This document shows, piece after piece, positions 61,806 to 64,000 of a stretch of DNA of 64,000 bases. Positions within the stretch are counted from its first letter, which is position 1. Every line of letters begins with the position of its first letter. Source of the stretch: Podarcis gaigeae (lineage: Eukaryota); NCBI GenBank assembly GCA_964106915.2, contig OZ066931.1; one strand, 5' to 3'. The position numbers and the translations under genes were made by a program. Under the pieces are notes generated by a model. It made no database searches. It saw only the letters and a list, made by a program, of their open reading frames with translations, and was not told the DNA's origin.

Positions 61806-64000
61806 TTCAGGTTCTAAATCTTGGATCTCTTCACAGGTATACACATCCCTGACATATAATGCCACTCCTCCTCCTTTCTTGTCTGGTCTGTTTCTCTGAA
61901 ATAGATTGAATCCCTCTATTATTACATTCCAATCGTGGTACTTATCCCACCAGGTTTCAGTGATGCCTATTGTGTCCTATTTAGTTTGCTGTACCAAGAG
62001 CTCAAGTTCATCTTGTTTATTTCCCATGCTTTGCGCATTAGTGTACAGACATTGAAATCCATTAATCATTCCCCCGTGTCTCTTATTTAAGGATTTTTTC
62101 CTCCCACCACTAGGTCTGCATGCTGTTTGCTCCATTTGGTCTATGACATTTGGATGATCATCTTCATCAATTGATAGACTCCTACCTTCAGGAGCACTGT
62201 CTCCCTCCCCCACATTAGTCAGTTTAAAGCCCTCCTGATGAGGTTTCTGAGATTTTTGGCAAAAACATTCCTCCCAACCGTTGTGAAGTGCAGCCATCGC
62301 TTGCCAGAAGTCCATCTTCAAGAAACTGATCTAAGAATCCAAACCGTTCCAGTTTACACCATTTGTGAAGCCAGCTGTTCACTTCCACTATTTTTCCCTC
62401 TCTCCCTAGGCCACATCGTTCAACTGGGAGGACAGATGAGATGACAATTTGTGCATTTAATTGCTTCAATTTCCTGCCCAGAGCCTCGTAGTCTCTTTTG
62501 ATCTTCTGGAGGCTATTGCTTGCAGTGTCATTGGTTCCCACATGAACCAAGAGGAAGGGGTATTTGTCAGTGGGTTTTATGATTCCTTGCAGTCGTTCAG
62601 TTACATCTTGGATCTTAGCCCCGGGGAGACAGCACACTTCCCGAGACATCTTGTCAGGCCCACAGATCACTGCTTCTGTTCCCCTCAGTAGGGAATCCCC
62701 TATCACCACTACACGCCTCCTCTTAGGTCTGGTCAGGGTTCTTCCGTGAGCTGTCCGTTCCAACGTCGCCTGCACATTCCCTGAGGACTGACTTGCTGCT
62801 CGTCTTCATATACCTGATCGACTGTAATGAGGGAGACATCCTCAAATGGAGTCTGCTCTTCGTCTTCCATGCTAGGGGAGAGGACCTCAAAGCGATTGTG
62901 TATTTCTAAACAATCAGAGCGAACCCTGGGCCTCCTACTTCTTTGAGTCATGTTTCTCCATATATCTGGCTCCTGTGTTGGTGAACTAGCCTCCTTCTCA
63001 GGAGAGTCCCCTGTCTCCTCCTTGGTGGAGACGGTGTGCTCTGTTGCTTCCAAGAAGAGCTCCAGCTCTCTAATTCTTTGGAGCGTAGCTACACGTTCCT
63101 CCAGTTGCTGGACTTTATCTTCTAAGAGGGCAATCAACATGCAATTGCTGCAGGTAAAGCTGCCTGCAACCTTTGGCAAGATGGCAAACATTGCGCAGGA
63201 ACCGCAGGCGACTGCAGCTGTTCCCTCACCCTCCATCTTGAGAACGTGTCGTTGGGGGTGACTACAGCGGTTCTCCATCATAAAAAGCGTGAAGACAGGA
63301 CAAATAACTCCCCTCCAAGAAACCCTAGGTCTCCCCCAACAAACGTTTGAGACTAGCTCCCCTAAATCTAAAAGATGGATCAAACTGCCCTGCAAGCTCT
63401 GATAAGCTCCTCCCACAGCTAATCACCTGACTCAACAGAAGCCCTGCCCCCTCTGACCTTTGCACAGGGAGAGCAGCTAATCAGCCACAAGAAACACACA
63501 CACAAGAAAACCCTTTGTGCTCCTTTTTCAGCTGCTGCCCTGCAAGCTCTGCCCTGCAAGTAATATGTAGCATCAGCATTTAGATGAACCTGTTTAAACG
63601 AAAAGCAAAACACTGGCAAAGGATGAATCAGGCTAAACTCTGGGTGGCTACCATACCAGCTGGGGTGAAATTGAGCTGAAGCTGTGCTCTTTTTTGTGTG
63701 TGTCCTCATTTTCTTCACTCTCTCCCCCCCCCCCCCCCGGTGGGTTGCTCCAGAGAAGCACATCAGGTCTCGAGAGGCATAGTAAGGCTTGAATCAGATT
63801 TGCTGTAGCTCAGGAGTTTGAAATCATAAGCTGCAGTTGGCAATGGGGAACAAAAGGGACAGAGGGAAAATCTCATTCTTTGAATGAGCAATGGAGGGTG
63901 TTGTAATAACAGGTTGCATGAACCGTAAAATTGCATTTGGCTTCAGAACATTTTCACACAAGGTTTCTCAGGTATACACCTAAAACCACGTAACAGGCAC

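Larger units (their letters stand above)
57254..63560 (-). mobile_element. near-full-length CR1 LINE (ORF1 zinc finger/leucine zipper + SGNH esterase; ORF2 AP endonuclease + RT), frameshifted and interrupted by two nested insertions; 5' boundary approximate
   Basis: ORF1 CGSC...CSNC, VVVIGDSLLRG, VHVGTND; ORF2 [46 protein letters not shown]; (ATTCTATG)-type tail at 57254. Confidence 0.95.

Overview
Vertebrate (squamate, very probably lacertid lizard) genomic DNA, judged from Sauria SINEs and CR1/L2/L1/Penelope/mariner/hAT repeats. Two protein-coding genes lie on the + strand. CHD1L/ALC1 (SNF2 ATPase plus macrodomain) has coding exons 2-23 at 636-26306, with exon 1 upstream of the window; it includes one GC-AG intron and a final U12-type intron. 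The 5' half of VANGL1 has a CpG-island first exon at ~41.7-41.85 kb and coding exons at 46507, 51822 and 54991, and continues past the window. The rest is dense, often nested transposon sequence, including a near-full-length CR1 carrying two younger insertions. The most striking unexplained signal is two diverged solo-LTR-like elements (32289-33110 + and 58120-58879 -; TGTCAG...CTGACA termini, 5-bp TSDs). Each carries an intact 194-218-codon ORF inside the LTR; conserved blocks differ almost only by synonymous changes and end in an Arg-rich motif, suggesting an LTR-encoded retroelement accessory protein under purifying selection. Other notable points are a Penelope-borne minimal hammerhead ribozyme, a candidate non-AUG N-terminal extension and uORFs in VANGL1, a shifted NAGNAG acceptor in VANGL1 exon 3, and a local tandem duplication with exon-like features. 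Exon numbering and comparisons to human are from memory and were not checked against a database.
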